Assembly (NCBI GenBank): GCA_018645365.1
Contig: JABGOP010000001.1
Coordinates: forward strand, 171,024-235,023
DNA: 64,000 bases
Direction of reading: 5' to 3'
DNA from: Candidatus Cloacimonadota bacterium
Lineage (GTDB): Bacteria; Cloacimonadota; Cloacimonadia; Cloacimonadales; TCS61
The first letter of the stretch is position 1, and the number at the start of each line of letters is the position of its first letter. A model generated the notes under the pieces. The model was not told the origin of the DNA. It saw only the letters and a list, made by a program, of their open reading frames with translations, and did not search any database. This document shows, one piece after another, positions 9,604 to 19,013 of this stretch. The position numbers and the translations under genes were made by a program.

Positions 9604-11145
9604 TTATTCCCAAAATTTTTTATCTAAACTACGGTATTGAACGGCTTCGCTAATGTGGCTTACTTGAATATCTTTGGTATTTTCCAAATCTGCAATTGTA
9701 CGTGAAACCTTTAAAATCCTATCGTAAGCACGCGCCGAAAGTCCTAATTTATCCATCGCCAATTTCAAAATAGATTTGCTTTCTGCATCAAGTTGACAAT
9801 ATTTCCGAATTTGTTTAGGGTTCATCTGTGAATTGCTATAAATATTTTCATTTGAAAAACGATTTGTTTGAATTTGACGAGCTTCATTTATTCTATCACG
9901 AATATTTTCCGATTTTTCGCCGGTTGGCATACTGCTAAGTTCTTCATATTTTACCGCTGGAACTTCCAAGTGGATATCTATTCTATCCAAGAGTGGACCA
10001 GAAATGCGAGAGCGATAGCGTTGAATATTTGTGATTGAACACGTGCACTGGTGTCCTTTTACATTGCTTCCAAAATAGCCGCAAGGACAAGGATTCATTG
10101 ATGCTACGAGCATAAATTTTGCGGGAAATTCCAAACTTTGGGTCGCGCGTGAAATGGTAACAACTTCATCTTCGAGCGGTTGGCGGAGCACCTCTAAAAC
10201 CGATTTTTTAAATTCAGGGAGTTCGTCTAAAAATAGGACACCGTTATGTGAAAGTGAGACTTCGCCAGGTTTTGGGTAGCTGCCACCACCAATTAAGGCA
10301 ACATCACTAATGGTATGGTGCGGCGAGCGAAATGGCCGGCAAGTTATGATACCTTTTTTGTCACTAGTTAGTCCGGCGACCGAATGGATTTTTGTGGTTT
10401 CGAGTGCTTCTTCTAAAGCTAAATTTGGCAAAATTGTTGGAATTCTGCGCGCTAACATTGTTTTTCCAGAGCCGGGTGGTCCAATCATCAAAAGGTTGTG
10501 TCCTCCTGCGGCTGCTACCTCTAAGGCACGTTTCACATGAAATTGCCCCTTCACATCGAACATATCAAGTTGGTTATTATCGAGTCGAGTGAACAGTTTT
10601 TCTTTATTTACCTTGAAGGGTTCTATATTAATTTTACCTTCCAAAAAGTTAACAATTTCATTGAGCGAATTTACCGGAAACACATTCAAACCGTCAATAA
10701 CAGCAGCTTCTTCTGCGTTTTCTGGTGGTAAAATTAAACCCTCTAACCCATCTTTCCAAGCGGCAATTGCTATCGGCAAAACACCTCGAACTGGTCTTAG
10801 GGTTCCATCCAGCGAAAGCTCGCCGATGAACGCATATTTTTCTAATTTGTTACTTTTGATTTGATTTAAGGCAGCGAGTAATGCAAGTGCGGTTGGAACA
10901 TCGAGTGCAACGCCATCTTTTTTGATGTCAGCCGGCGCAAGATTAACCGTATAAAGGTGGTTTGCAAAACGAAAACCAGAATTTTTGATTGCCGCCGAAA
11001 CCCGATTTCTGCTTTCTTTAACGGAATTAGAAGGCAATCCAACAATAAAAAATTTGTAGATTCCACCTTTTACATCTGCTTCAACGGTAATTTTTTCGGC
11101 ATCAATTCCTTGAATTGCGTAAGAATAAGTTTTTCCGTACATCAC
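9604..11145 (-). CDS. comM: YifB/ComM-family Mg-chelatase-like AAA+ ATPase
   Basis: Lon-protease-like N-domain, Walker A GPPGSGKTMLARR, and LFLDELPEF. Length is 513 aa. Confidence 0.9.
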   Translation of the reverse strand: MMYGKTYSYAIQGIDAEKITVEADVKGGIYKFFIVGLPSNSVKESRNRVSAAIKNSGFRFANHLYTVNLAPADIKKDGVALDVPTALALLAALNQIKSNKLEKYAFIGELSLDGTLRPVRGVLPIAIAAWKDGLEGLILPPENAEEAAVIDGLNVFPVNSLNEIVNFLEGKINIEPFKVNKEKLFTRLDNNQLDMFDVKGQFHVKRALEVAAAGGHNLLMIGPPGSGKTMLARRIPTILPNLALEEALETTKIHSVAGLTSDKKGIITCRPFRSPHHTISDVALIGGGSYPKPGEVSLSHNGVLFLDELPEFKKSVLEVLRQPLEDEVVTISRATQSLEFPAKFMLVASMNPCPCGYFGSNVKGHQCTCSITNIQRYRSRISGPLLDRIDIHLEVPAVKYEELSSMPTGEKSENIRDRINEARQIQTNRFSNENIYSNSQMNPKQIRKYCQLDAESKSILKLAMDKLGLSARAYDRILKVSRTIADLENTKDIQVSHISEAVQYRSLDKKFWE

Positions 11146-11153
11146 TCCTCCTC

Positions 11154-12791
11154 TTAATTTCCAATTACGACGGTTGTTTTATTTGAATAAATTTTTTCGG
11201 TATTTAGTGCGGTAGCTTCCAGTAAAATTATGTAAATTCCGATTGGAAGATTAAATCCATCATTGTCGGAACCATTCCAAATAATGTTGCCGTCACATGC
11301 TTGTAATGCCTGATTGAGAATGGTTTTGACTAATCGTCCCTTCAAATCGAAAATGCGAATAGTTACAGTGCTGATGATTTCAGGTAGTTTGAAACTGATA
11401 ACAGTAGGAATTCCACTTTGTGACGAAAAGGGGTTTGGATTAACGCTTAGTTTTGAAGATGGTGGTAAAATTTCCACAAAGATGCTATTTTTTTCGCAGG
11501 GAGTAGCCCCCAAATTTGAAACTGATGGTCCCCAATTTTCTTCAAATGACGGTAAATATGGATTCACTCTTTCAATTGAGATATTATCTTCACAATTATC
11601 GCCAGAATAAAAAATGGAATCAAGTTTTGTATTAAAATTATCAATCAATTTTAGTGATTCATCGGTGTTATTTAACGATGTCCAATATTCTGCTTCAATC
11701 ACTTTATCAGAGTTAACATTTGGATAAGAATTTAATAGTTTATTTTTATCTTCGCAAATTACCAAAAAGTCAACAAGCTGAATAGTGTCGCAAACGCTTA
11801 TAATTCCACCAGCTGTATCAATAATTTGGAGGTTATCCACACGATATGCACAATTTGTTCGATTAAAAATTTCTAGCCATTCTTGATTGCTCTCAAGTGG
11901 CTTAAACATTATTTCATTAATAATAATGGGCGAATTTCCGAGCAATATTGATTCCGAGACAAAATTATTATCTAAATAGTTATCAAACGGGTAATTAACG
12001 GCAGTTGTTATAGTATTGTACCCAGTCTCAATTTGGTCAATTTTGTATTTAACAAAAATGGAATATTCAGCAAAAATTTCTGGGAGTAGGTATGTGTTTA
12101 CAATGTGGTCGTTTAGCCATATTTCAAGAGTTGCTGTTAAGTTATCCACATTTGCTGTGGATAAATTCCAGATAGTGGTTTCAAGCCAATATACATCATT
12201 TTCTAACACTATGTTTGTGAAGTAAATAGCCAAATCTGTGGGGTATAAATTGGCTTCGTTTGGAGTTAGATTTTCGCACTCAAAAAAATCGATTTCGCAA
12301 TTATTTGAATCAACTCCATCTTGCTTTCTTGCGAGTGAATTTCCACTGGAAACATCTGGGGCAAAATTTATTGCTGGGTTATCCAAATCATCGGGTAAGT
12401 TGTTTGAGTTTGGAGAATCATATAAAACGGTATCGGAGTAAAGCCCATCTGGTGAAACAAGTTGGATTCCGTCAGTTGCAGTCCCACCATTTTGAAAAAC
12501 TAAAGTTTCGATTAAATCGGTATTTGGCACAAATTCTTCGCCAATCAAAAAATAGGAGTAGGGTTGAATAAGGTTAGCTTCAAAAACAAAAATAGTCTCA
12601 AAACTACTTCCAGCTTTCGATAAAACCCAATTGTTTAAATCAACAACATTATCACCATTATTATAGAGTTCAATCCACTCAAAACCTGTGTCTGCTCCGT
12701 CAGGATCGTACATAATTTCATTAATTACAATCGTTTGAGCTATAATTAAGTTTGTGATAATTAGAAATAAAAAAAAGATTATTTTTTTCAT
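11154..12791 (-). CDS. Secreted protein with two lamin-tail-like domains and a C-terminal T9SS/FlgD-Ig-like sorting domain
   Basis: Signal peptide. VINEIMYDPDG..EWIELYNNG and a second IINEIMFKP..EWLEIFN (lamin-tail signature). The C-terminal roughly 80 aa (TVTIRIFDLKGRLVKTI...GIYIILLEA) resemble a sorting CTD. Confidence 0.6.
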   Translation of the reverse strand: MKKIIFFLFLIITNLIIAQTIVINEIMYDPDGADTGFEWIELYNNGDNVVDLNNWVLSKAGSSFETIFVFEANLIQPYSYFLIGEEFVPNTDLIETLVFQNGGTATDGIQLVSPDGLYSDTVLYDSPNSNNLPDDLDNPAINFAPDVSSGNSLARKQDGVDSNNCEIDFFECENLTPNEANLYPTDLAIYFTNIVLENDVYWLETTIWNLSTANVDNLTATLEIWLNDHIVNTYLLPEIFAEYSIFVKYKIDQIETGYNTITTAVNYPFDNYLDNNFVSESILLGNSPIIINEIMFKPLESNQEWLEIFNRTNCAYRVDNLQIIDTAGGIISVCDTIQLVDFLVICEDKNKLLNSYPNVNSDKVIEAEYWTSLNNTDESLKLIDNFNTKLDSIFYSGDNCEDNISIERVNPYLPSFEENWGPSVSNLGATPCEKNSIFVEILPPSSKLSVNPNPFSSQSGIPTVISFKLPEIISTVTIRIFDLKGRLVKTILNQALQACDGNIIWNGSDNDGFNLPIGIYIILLEATALNTEKIYSNKTTVVIGN

Positions 12792-14275
12792 AACTTAAAG
12801 ATATTTTCAATAATGTCAGATGGAATGATAGATGGTGTTTTTCGGTAATCTGCCAATTTTTCCGCAGTTTTTCCCATCAAAAATGAAGCTGAAATAGCGG
12901 CTTCATTTAGAGGAAGTTTTTGACCGACAAAAGCTACGATTATTCCCGCTAAGACATCACCGCTCCCACCGGTCGAAAGTCCGTCATTTCCAGAAATATC
13001 AAAGGTAAACAGTTTTCCATCATAAAAGATAGTTGTTGCGCTTTTTAGTAGAATGCTACATTTGTATTTTTTTGCAAAAGATTGCATAATATTTAATGTG
13101 TTGTTTTGAATTTCTGCAATTGATTTTTTGGTTAAACGGGAAAATTCACCTAAATGTGGTGTGATAATTGCAGTGTTTTTCAAAAGTTTGAATAAGTTTG
13201 GATTTTTTGCTAAAATATTAAGGGCGTCGGCATCGAGAATTAATGGTTTTTGCCAAAATTTCAAAAGAGCTTCAATTAATTTCGTATTTTTTGAATTAAC
13301 GCCGATTCCTGATCCAATTAGTAATGTATCCATTTTTTCAAGTTTTTTGAATAATTTTTCTAATTGTATTTCTTCATTTTGTTCGGGAATAGATTGCGTC
13401 ATAATTTCCACGAGTTGCGTTTCAAAAATTGTTTCCATTCCTTGTGGATGAAAGAGAGTTATTGTGCCAGCACCAGCTCGCAGAGCAGCTTTTGATGCTA
13501 AAATCGCTGCCCCAGAAAATCCTATCGAACCAGCAATTATACCAATTTTCCCATAATAACCTTTATGTGAAAATTTATGACGTTTGGGATATTGTACATT
13601 TTTTTGCGTAACTAATTTTGTTTTTGGAGGGAATGTGATAAAAAGATTTGAGGGGATTCCAATATCGATAATTTGTAGGTTTCCTGTTTTTTTTTGACCA
13701 CTTTCCAAAAAATGTCCGTACTTCGGAGCGGCTAACGTGAGGGTAACATCTGCATTTATGGCGATTTTTGCTAATCCTGTTTCGGCATCAACGCCACTGG
13801 CAATGTCGACGGAAACAGTTTTGATTTTTGCATCGTTAATTTTTTTGATTATTTCACCGATAAAACCACGAACGTCACCCTTTAAGCCAATTCCAAAAAT
13901 AGCGTCGATAATTAAATCGAATGGTTTCAAATTTAGCAATCTGGAATTGGAGTCTATTTCGCTAATCTGTAGATTTTTGCATTTTTGAAAATTCGTAAAA
14001 GTTTCAGGGGACATTTTATTTGTTTTGCCGACAAGGAATATTTCGGGTTGGTGTCCTGCTTTTTTTAGATAGCGAGCAATGACAAAACCATCTCCGCCAT
14101 TATTGCCGCTTCCGCAAAAAATAGCGATTTTACTTTTTGGTTTCAGTAAGTTTTTGTCGATAAACTCAGCACAATTTTTTCCAGCATTTTCCATGAGTTG
14201 TGCACTGGGAATCCCAAGTTTTTCAGTCGTATAATTATCGAAAAAATACATCTCTTCACGCGAGAGAATGTGCAT
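12788..14275 (-). CDS. nnr: Bifunctional NAD(P)H-hydrate repair enzyme (epimerase + ADP-dependent dehydratase)
   Basis: YjeF-N motif GSGNNGGDG and C-terminal kinase-fold motif GGSGDVLAG. Length is 495 aa. Confidence 0.9.
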   Translation of the reverse strand: MHILSREEMYFFDNYTTEKLGIPSAQLMENAGKNCAEFIDKNLLKPKSKIAIFCGSGNNGGDGFVIARYLKKAGHQPEIFLVGKTNKMSPETFTNFQKCKNLQISEIDSNSRLLNLKPFDLIIDAIFGIGLKGDVRGFIGEIIKKINDAKIKTVSVDIASGVDAETGLAKIAINADVTLTLAAPKYGHFLESGQKKTGNLQIIDIGIPSNLFITFPPKTKLVTQKNVQYPKRHKFSHKGYYGKIGIIAGSIGFSGAAILASKAALRAGAGTITLFHPQGMETIFETQLVEIMTQSIPEQNEEIQLEKLFKKLEKMDTLLIGSGIGVNSKNTKLIEALLKFWQKPLILDADALNILAKNPNLFKLLKNTAIITPHLGEFSRLTKKSIAEIQNNTLNIMQSFAKKYKCSILLKSATTIFYDGKLFTFDISGNDGLSTGGSGDVLAGIIVAFVGQKLPLNEAAISASFLMGKTAEKLADYRKTPSIIPSDIIENIFKL

Positions 14276-14276
14276 T

Positions 14277-15503
14277 TTATACCTCCGGTAAACTTATCTC
14301 AAATGTAGTGCCAATCTCGACTTCGCTCTTCAAAACACGGATGTTACCATGATGATATTTTTGGATAATGCGTTTTGCTAAACTTAAACCGAGTCCCCAT
14401 CCACGCTTTTTGCTAGTTGCACCTGGTTGAAAAATTTCCTTAAACATCGATTTCGTCATTCCTGTACCCTCATCTTTAATGTGAATGATGATTTTATTTT
14501 TCTGTGAAAATGTTTCAATTTTGATGTTGCCATCTCTATTTTGCATCGCATCGAGCGCATTTTTAATTAAATTTTCAAAAGTCCATTTCATTAAATCTGG
14601 GTCCAAATTTACCATTTTATTATCGATGTTATTTTGGAAATGTAGTTCTATTTTTTCTGGCAATTTTCGCCGAAAATCAGCGATGGTTTCTGTGATAATA
14701 TCAGCAAGAATAACATTTTGAAATTTAATGGTAGAGCCAACTTTTCCAAAACGAGAGGCGATTTTATTGAGCTTATTTAAATCATAATTCATATAATTCA
14801 AGGTTTCTTCAAAATCATCGTGAATTCCCAGTTTTTCCAATTTGGTAAGCAAAATATTTAGCCAGCCAGAAAGTGATGAGAGTGGCGTTCCAAATTGGTG
14901 TGCCGTTTCTTTTGCCAATCCCACCCAAATAATATTTTGTTCATCTTTTTTGATAGAAATCATTCCATAAAATCCCCAAAAAATAAAGATGAAAATTAGC
15001 CCCATTCCAACATATGGTAATTGCTTCAAACGGACAACAATAGCGGAATCGCCATAATAGATATAGCCGTAAATTTGGTTATTTTTTTTGCTGTGGATTA
15101 GTGGAATTACTGATTTGTGGGCGACCATTTTTCGCATCATTTTTTGAATAATTATTTTTTGGTATTTCTCCAATTTTTCAAATTCTAATTGAGGAACATC
15201 TATGTTTTGCCACGAAAATGGTGTTTTTAGGCTATCTGTTAAGATAATTGGATAATCTACTTTTGGAATAATTTCGTCCATAAAATATTGAAAAAGATAG
15301 TGTTCCAAATTTACATCTTGTGGCAAACTAATGAATTTTGAATAAAGATCTGGCACAATTTCAATCTCTTTTTTAATATTTTTAATCACATAATTTGTGT
15401 AAAAAATAAATGAAACTATCATAATAATTGAGCCGATTAAAAAGTAGATTTTTATAAAACGACTTCTATTTTTCGTCTTTTTTTGCAAGATTCCAGAGTT
15501 CAT
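14277..15503 (-). CDS. Membrane-anchored sensor histidine kinase
   Basis: Two TM segments, an H-box ETAHQFGTPLSSL, an N-box NLIKNALDA and a G-box GWGLGLSLAK. Confidence 0.85.
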   Translation of the reverse strand: MNSGILQKKTKNRSRFIKIYFLIGSIIMIVSFIFYTNYVIKNIKKEIEIVPDLYSKFISLPQDVNLEHYLFQYFMDEIIPKVDYPIILTDSLKTPFSWQNIDVPQLEFEKLEKYQKIIIQKMMRKMVAHKSVIPLIHSKKNNQIYGYIYYGDSAIVVRLKQLPYVGMGLIFIFIFWGFYGMISIKKDEQNIIWVGLAKETAHQFGTPLSSLSGWLNILLTKLEKLGIHDDFEETLNYMNYDLNKLNKIASRFGKVGSTIKFQNVILADIITETIADFRRKLPEKIELHFQNNIDNKMVNLDPDLMKWTFENLIKNALDAMQNRDGNIKIETFSQKNKIIIHIKDEGTGMTKSMFKEIFQPGATSKKRGWGLGLSLAKRIIQKYHHGNIRVLKSEVEIGTTFEISLPEV

Positions 15504-16242
15504 CTAATCTCTCCAAGTTTGTCTGGTAAATATCTTCGTTATTATTTTTTAAAAATTGTTCAATTTTTTTGAATCTTCGTTCAAATTTATTATTTGTCAA
15601 TTTTATAGAAGATTCTGCATCGAAACCTAATTTTCGTGCTAAATTTACTAAAACAAATAAAATATCACCTAATTCAGCTTTCATTTCGGGCAGATTATTT
15701 TGCTCGAAAGCCACCATAAATTCGTCAATTTCTTCTTTTAATTTAGCAAAAATAGGCGTCGTGGTTTGCCAATCGAAACCCACTGAACTTGCTTTATCTT
15801 GCAGTCTTTGTGCTATAATTAACGCAGGCATTGTTTTGGGGATTCCATCTAAAACAGAATTTCGTGTTTCTTTTTTTTCCTTCTGTTTTATCTGTTCCCA
15901 ATTTATTTTCACCTTTTCTGCATTTGAAATTTTTTCATTGCCAAAAATATGTGGATGTCGTCTAACTAATTTTTCATTAATTTTTTTTAAAGCTGTTTTG
16001 ATGTCAAACCTTGTTTCTTCTTTTGCAATTTGGGCTTGCATCACGATGTGCAAAAGGATATCGCCTAATTCTTCCGAAAGGTGTTCACCATTATCATTTT
16101 CTATTGCTTCAATTGCTTCGTGTAATTCCTCAATAAAATTTGGAATTAATGAGCGTGAAGTTTGTTTGGTGTCCCAAGGGCATCCATCTTTTGGGTGGCG
16201 TAATTTTTCTACAATTTCAACTAATTCATCAAATTCTTTCAT
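15466..16242 (-). CDS. mazG: Nucleoside triphosphate pyrophosphohydrolase MazG (tandem MazG domains)
   Basis: CPWD, EELHEAIEA and EELGDILL in the first half, with a second ELGDILFVLVNLAR repeat. Confidence 0.9.
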   Translation of the reverse strand: MKEFDELVEIVEKLRHPKDGCPWDTKQTSRSLIPNFIEELHEAIEAIENDNGEHLSEELGDILLHIVMQAQIAKEETRFDIKTALKKINEKLVRRHPHIFGNEKISNAEKVKINWEQIKQKEKKETRNSVLDGIPKTMPALIIAQRLQDKASSVGFDWQTTTPIFAKLKEEIDEFMVAFEQNNLPEMKAELGDILFVLVNLARKLGFDAESSIKLTNNKFERRFKKIEQFLKNNNEDIYQTNLERLDELWNLAKKDEK

Positions 16243-17122
16243 CTTTTATCTCTTTAATTGCTTGCCAATTTTTCACAATTTTTCTGTTTTTTATCTTTTT
16301 GCGGACAAATCCAATGATGAGTACAATCGGTAAAATACCCCAAATTACCGAAGAAGATGCCATAAAAACTTCTGCGTGGAAATGATTTCTTGCATATTCT
16401 TCGAAAAGTGCGGAAAAATCTTTTTGCGTAAAGAAGAAACTTTCATTAAACGCAGAGTTAAAATCTTTTGACTGTTCCAAGCAATCCCAAAATGAGAAAA
16501 AACTTTTTTGCCTATTTATGACAAGGTATTTTAACGCAAGAGTTGATTTTGCGTAAAAACTTCCCCACTCAATCTGATTTTTTGGATAGCCATATTTCAT
16601 CATTTCGAGTGGTACGGTGTTGCCCAGAAAGTAGTTTTTGATAAAATTAAATTCTCTATTTAGATTCCAGCCACCTGAAAAATAAACAGCCATTCCTTCA
16701 TTGAACCAAAGTGGTGTTTTATTTGCGTGATTATTGATGAAATGATGAATGTATTCGTGTAAAATAATCGTTCTAATTTTAGTTAAATTATGCAAATTGC
16801 GAATATTTTTTAGATAAATCACCTTGTCGTGATTACTGTAAAAAGCGTCGCTAAATTCTATAATAGTTGCGTGATTTTTTGTCCAAGAAAGATATTCATC
16901 TGCATTTTTTGCGATAAGAATATTTATTTTTTCATCATCGTAAAATCCAATTTTTTTTTGAAAATCAGCAATGTCTTGGTCCAAGTTTATGGCGATAATT
17001 TTCGCTATTTTTTCATCTTTTTGAGCAGCTACAATTTGGATATTTTTATATTGAAGATTAACAGCATTACTCCACAGGTGGACGGAAAATAAAAAGATAA
17101 AAAGAAAATTAATCAAATTCAC
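16229..17122 (-). CDS. Putative zinc metallopeptidase (HExxH, MA clan) with a C-terminal TM anchor
   Basis: Signal/anchor at the N-terminus, ILHEYIHHF followed by NEGMAVYF (gluzincin-like third ligand), and a hydrophobic helix near the C-terminus. Confidence 0.5.
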   Translation of the reverse strand: MNLINFLFIFLFSVHLWSNAVNLQYKNIQIVAAQKDEKIAKIIAINLDQDIADFQKKIGFYDDEKINILIAKNADEYLSWTKNHATIIEFSDAFYSNHDKVIYLKNIRNLHNLTKIRTIILHEYIHHFINNHANKTPLWFNEGMAVYFSGGWNLNREFNFIKNYFLGNTVPLEMMKYGYPKNQIEWGSFYAKSTLALKYLVINRQKSFFSFWDCLEQSKDFNSAFNESFFFTQKDFSALFEEYARNHFHAEVFMASSSVIWGILPIVLIIGFVRKKIKNRKIVKNWQAIKEIKDERI

Positions 17123-17490
17123 TTTAGACCTAATTTAAATTTTATCAATGCAAGTAATTTTTCCATATTAAATGGCTTAAAAACCACATCGGTCAAGCCT
17201 TTTTGTTTTGATTTTACCACGATATGGTTTGGGTCGTAACCAAATCCAGTCATCATAATTATCGGCATTTTTGGGTCATATTCTTGGGCACGTGAAAATA
17301 GTTCATAACCATTCATGTCTGGCATTGCGAGATCTGTTAAAAGCAGATGAATTTTACGCGTCATGATTTGGTTAAGTGCTTCATAGCCACCGTTTACACA
17401 AATAATATTAAGCTCAGCACAGCAATCCGAGAGTTCTCTTTTGAGAGAATTTGTGACCGCTATTTCGTCATCAACTATTAAAATATTCAT
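17119..17490 (-). CDS. Stand-alone response-regulator receiver domain (CheY-like)
   Basis: MNILIVDDE..., phospho-acceptor context LLLTDLAMPDMNG, conserved VFKPF, and no output domain. I chose the start at 17490 rather than the track's 17616 because the receiver fold begins there and the extension is low-complexity. Confidence 0.8.
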   Translation of the reverse strand: MNILIVDDEIAVTNSLKRELSDCCAELNIICVNGGYEALNQIMTRKIHLLLTDLAMPDMNGYELFSRAQEYDPKMPIIMMTGFGYDPNHIVVKSKQKGLTDVVFKPFNMEKLLALIKFKLGLK

Positions 17491-18322
17491 AAATTTTTCT
17501 CTTCTCATCTTCGTAAATATTTTGTAAAATTTCAGGGTAAATATTTTGTAAATATTGAAAAATAATTTGGCGTTCAGCAAGTTGATTTTTTTCGAATGCA
17601 AGTAACTCATTATCACGATAATCTATGTTTAAAATAGGAAAAAAATCATCTTTAATTTGAGCAATTAACCCATTTTGGATAACTACGGATTTTGCTTTTA
17701 TTTCGATGTTAATGTTTTTTGTAACGATTAAAAAAAAGAGAAAATTTTGATAATTTTCAGCGATTTTTATTTGCCACTTAATATTGTTTTCTTTTTGAAA
17801 TTCCAATTTGTCAAAAGCAACATGTTGCATACTTCTAAGTAGTGAAATTACTTTATGTGGTCGTAGGGATTGTTCCCAAAAAATAATTTTGTTTTTAGGA
17901 GTATTTTTTATAATATCTAAAAAATCTAAAAGCGAAAAACGATTTTCAAAAGGTCCTAGATAGAATGATTTTTTTTGAGTATCTTCTGTTAATTTTAGGG
18001 ATTTGTTTTTTGGATTTATTGCCAAATAACTGTTGTTTTTCCAAAAATTAAAGTTGAATGGTTTTACATTATCTAGGGCAAATGACTTTTCTTGTAAAAG
18101 TGCATCGAGACTCAATTCTGTTGTTTTAAAATAAATGGAATCTGTGAGGAATTTTAACTCGTCAAAATCATCACTATCTTGCTCTTCAAATAAAAAAAAG
18201 TTAATACTTTTTTTTAGATTTGTTGTTTTTGAGAAATAGAGTACTTTTCCTTTTTGGTAAAATACGAAAAAACCATTTTTCGTGGGTATTTCATCTGAGT
18301 TCAAATTTTCAATTTTAATCAT
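17471..18322 (-). CDS. Hypothetical protein, UvrC/Cho N-terminal-like with a degenerate GIY-YIG motif
   Basis: NGFFVFYQKGKVLYFSKTTNLKKSINFF and later SFYLGPFENR mirror the UvrC N-terminal pattern (PGVY...YVGKA.NL..R...YF ... YFGPF). The conserved Arg and the first Tyr are substituted. Confidence 0.4.
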   Translation of the reverse strand: MIKIENLNSDEIPTKNGFFVFYQKGKVLYFSKTTNLKKSINFFLFEEQDSDDFDELKFLTDSIYFKTTELSLDALLQEKSFALDNVKPFNFNFWKNNSYLAINPKNKSLKLTEDTQKKSFYLGPFENRFSLLDFLDIIKNTPKNKIIFWEQSLRPHKVISLLRSMQHVAFDKLEFQKENNIKWQIKIAENYQNFLFFLIVTKNINIEIKAKSVVIQNGLIAQIKDDFFPILNIDYRDNELLAFEKNQLAERQIIFQYLQNIYPEILQNIYEDEKRKIYEYFNS

Positions 18323-18371
18323 AAAATGAAAAAATGAAGTGAAAACAAGGCTGTCAACCTAAATAACGAAT

Positions 18372-19001
18372 TTATTTTTTTGCAGCAGGTAAAATGACTA
18401 CTCTTTTCTCTCTACCACCGCCGACACTCATTGTTTTCAGAGAGCTATTTTTCTCGATAAATTGATGCACCGTTTTACGGTCAGTTGCAGTCAGGGGCTC
18501 CATTGTGATACTTTTCCCATTTTTCTTTACTTTGCCAGAAATGGTTTTAACTTTTGCTAAAAGTGATTGTTTGCGGCGGTTGCGATAGTTTTCGATATCA
18601 ACATTAATTTTGAGTTTTTGCTTTTCTTGTTTGTTGATCATTTGATTCAATAAACTTTGAAAACTATCAAGCATTTTTCCATCTTTGCCGATGATAAATC
18701 CCGCATTTTCAGAACTTTCAAGAGTAACAAAATACTTATCTTTTTTCTTTGTTACCTTAACGCCACAACTGTCTATGGTCATCAGCCTGAGCATCTCTTC
18801 TGCATATTGTTTTATCTTTTCTGTAATGTCTGGAAGGATAAATTTCACGGTAGTTGGTTTACTGCCGAATAATCCCAAAAATCCTTTTGCGCCTTCATCA
18901 ATTACTTCAAATTTGAAGTCTTCAAGTTGAAGGTTATTTTGCTTCATAAAGTGAGCAATAACAGTGGATGTTGATTTTCCAATTTTAATAATTTCACGCA
19001 T
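18372..19001 (-). CDS. jag: Jag/KhpB RNA-binding protein (Jag-N, KH, R3H)
   Basis: Immediately downstream of yidC. There is a KH-like GFIIGKDGKMLDSFQ and an R3H-like region DRKTVHQFI. Confidence 0.85.
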   Translation of the reverse strand: MREIIKIGKSTSTVIAHFMKQNNLQLEDFKFEVIDEGAKGFLGLFGSKPTTVKFILPDITEKIKQYAEEMLRLMTIDSCGVKVTKKKDKYFVTLESSENAGFIIGKDGKMLDSFQSLLNQMINKQEKQKLKINVDIENYRNRRKQSLLAKVKTISGKVKKNGKSITMEPLTATDRKTVHQFIEKNSSLKTMSVGGGREKRVVILPAAKK

Positions 19002-19013
19002 TTTTTCTAATTC

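Noticed and set aside
15569-16333. 254-aa plus-strand ORF, long for this AT-rich window.
   Set aside because: It lies entirely antisense to the well-supported mazG gene. It is Ser/Phe/Ile/Cys-rich and low-complexity, has no Shine-Dalgarno, and resembles no family. This is a typical shadow ORF of a conserved gene.
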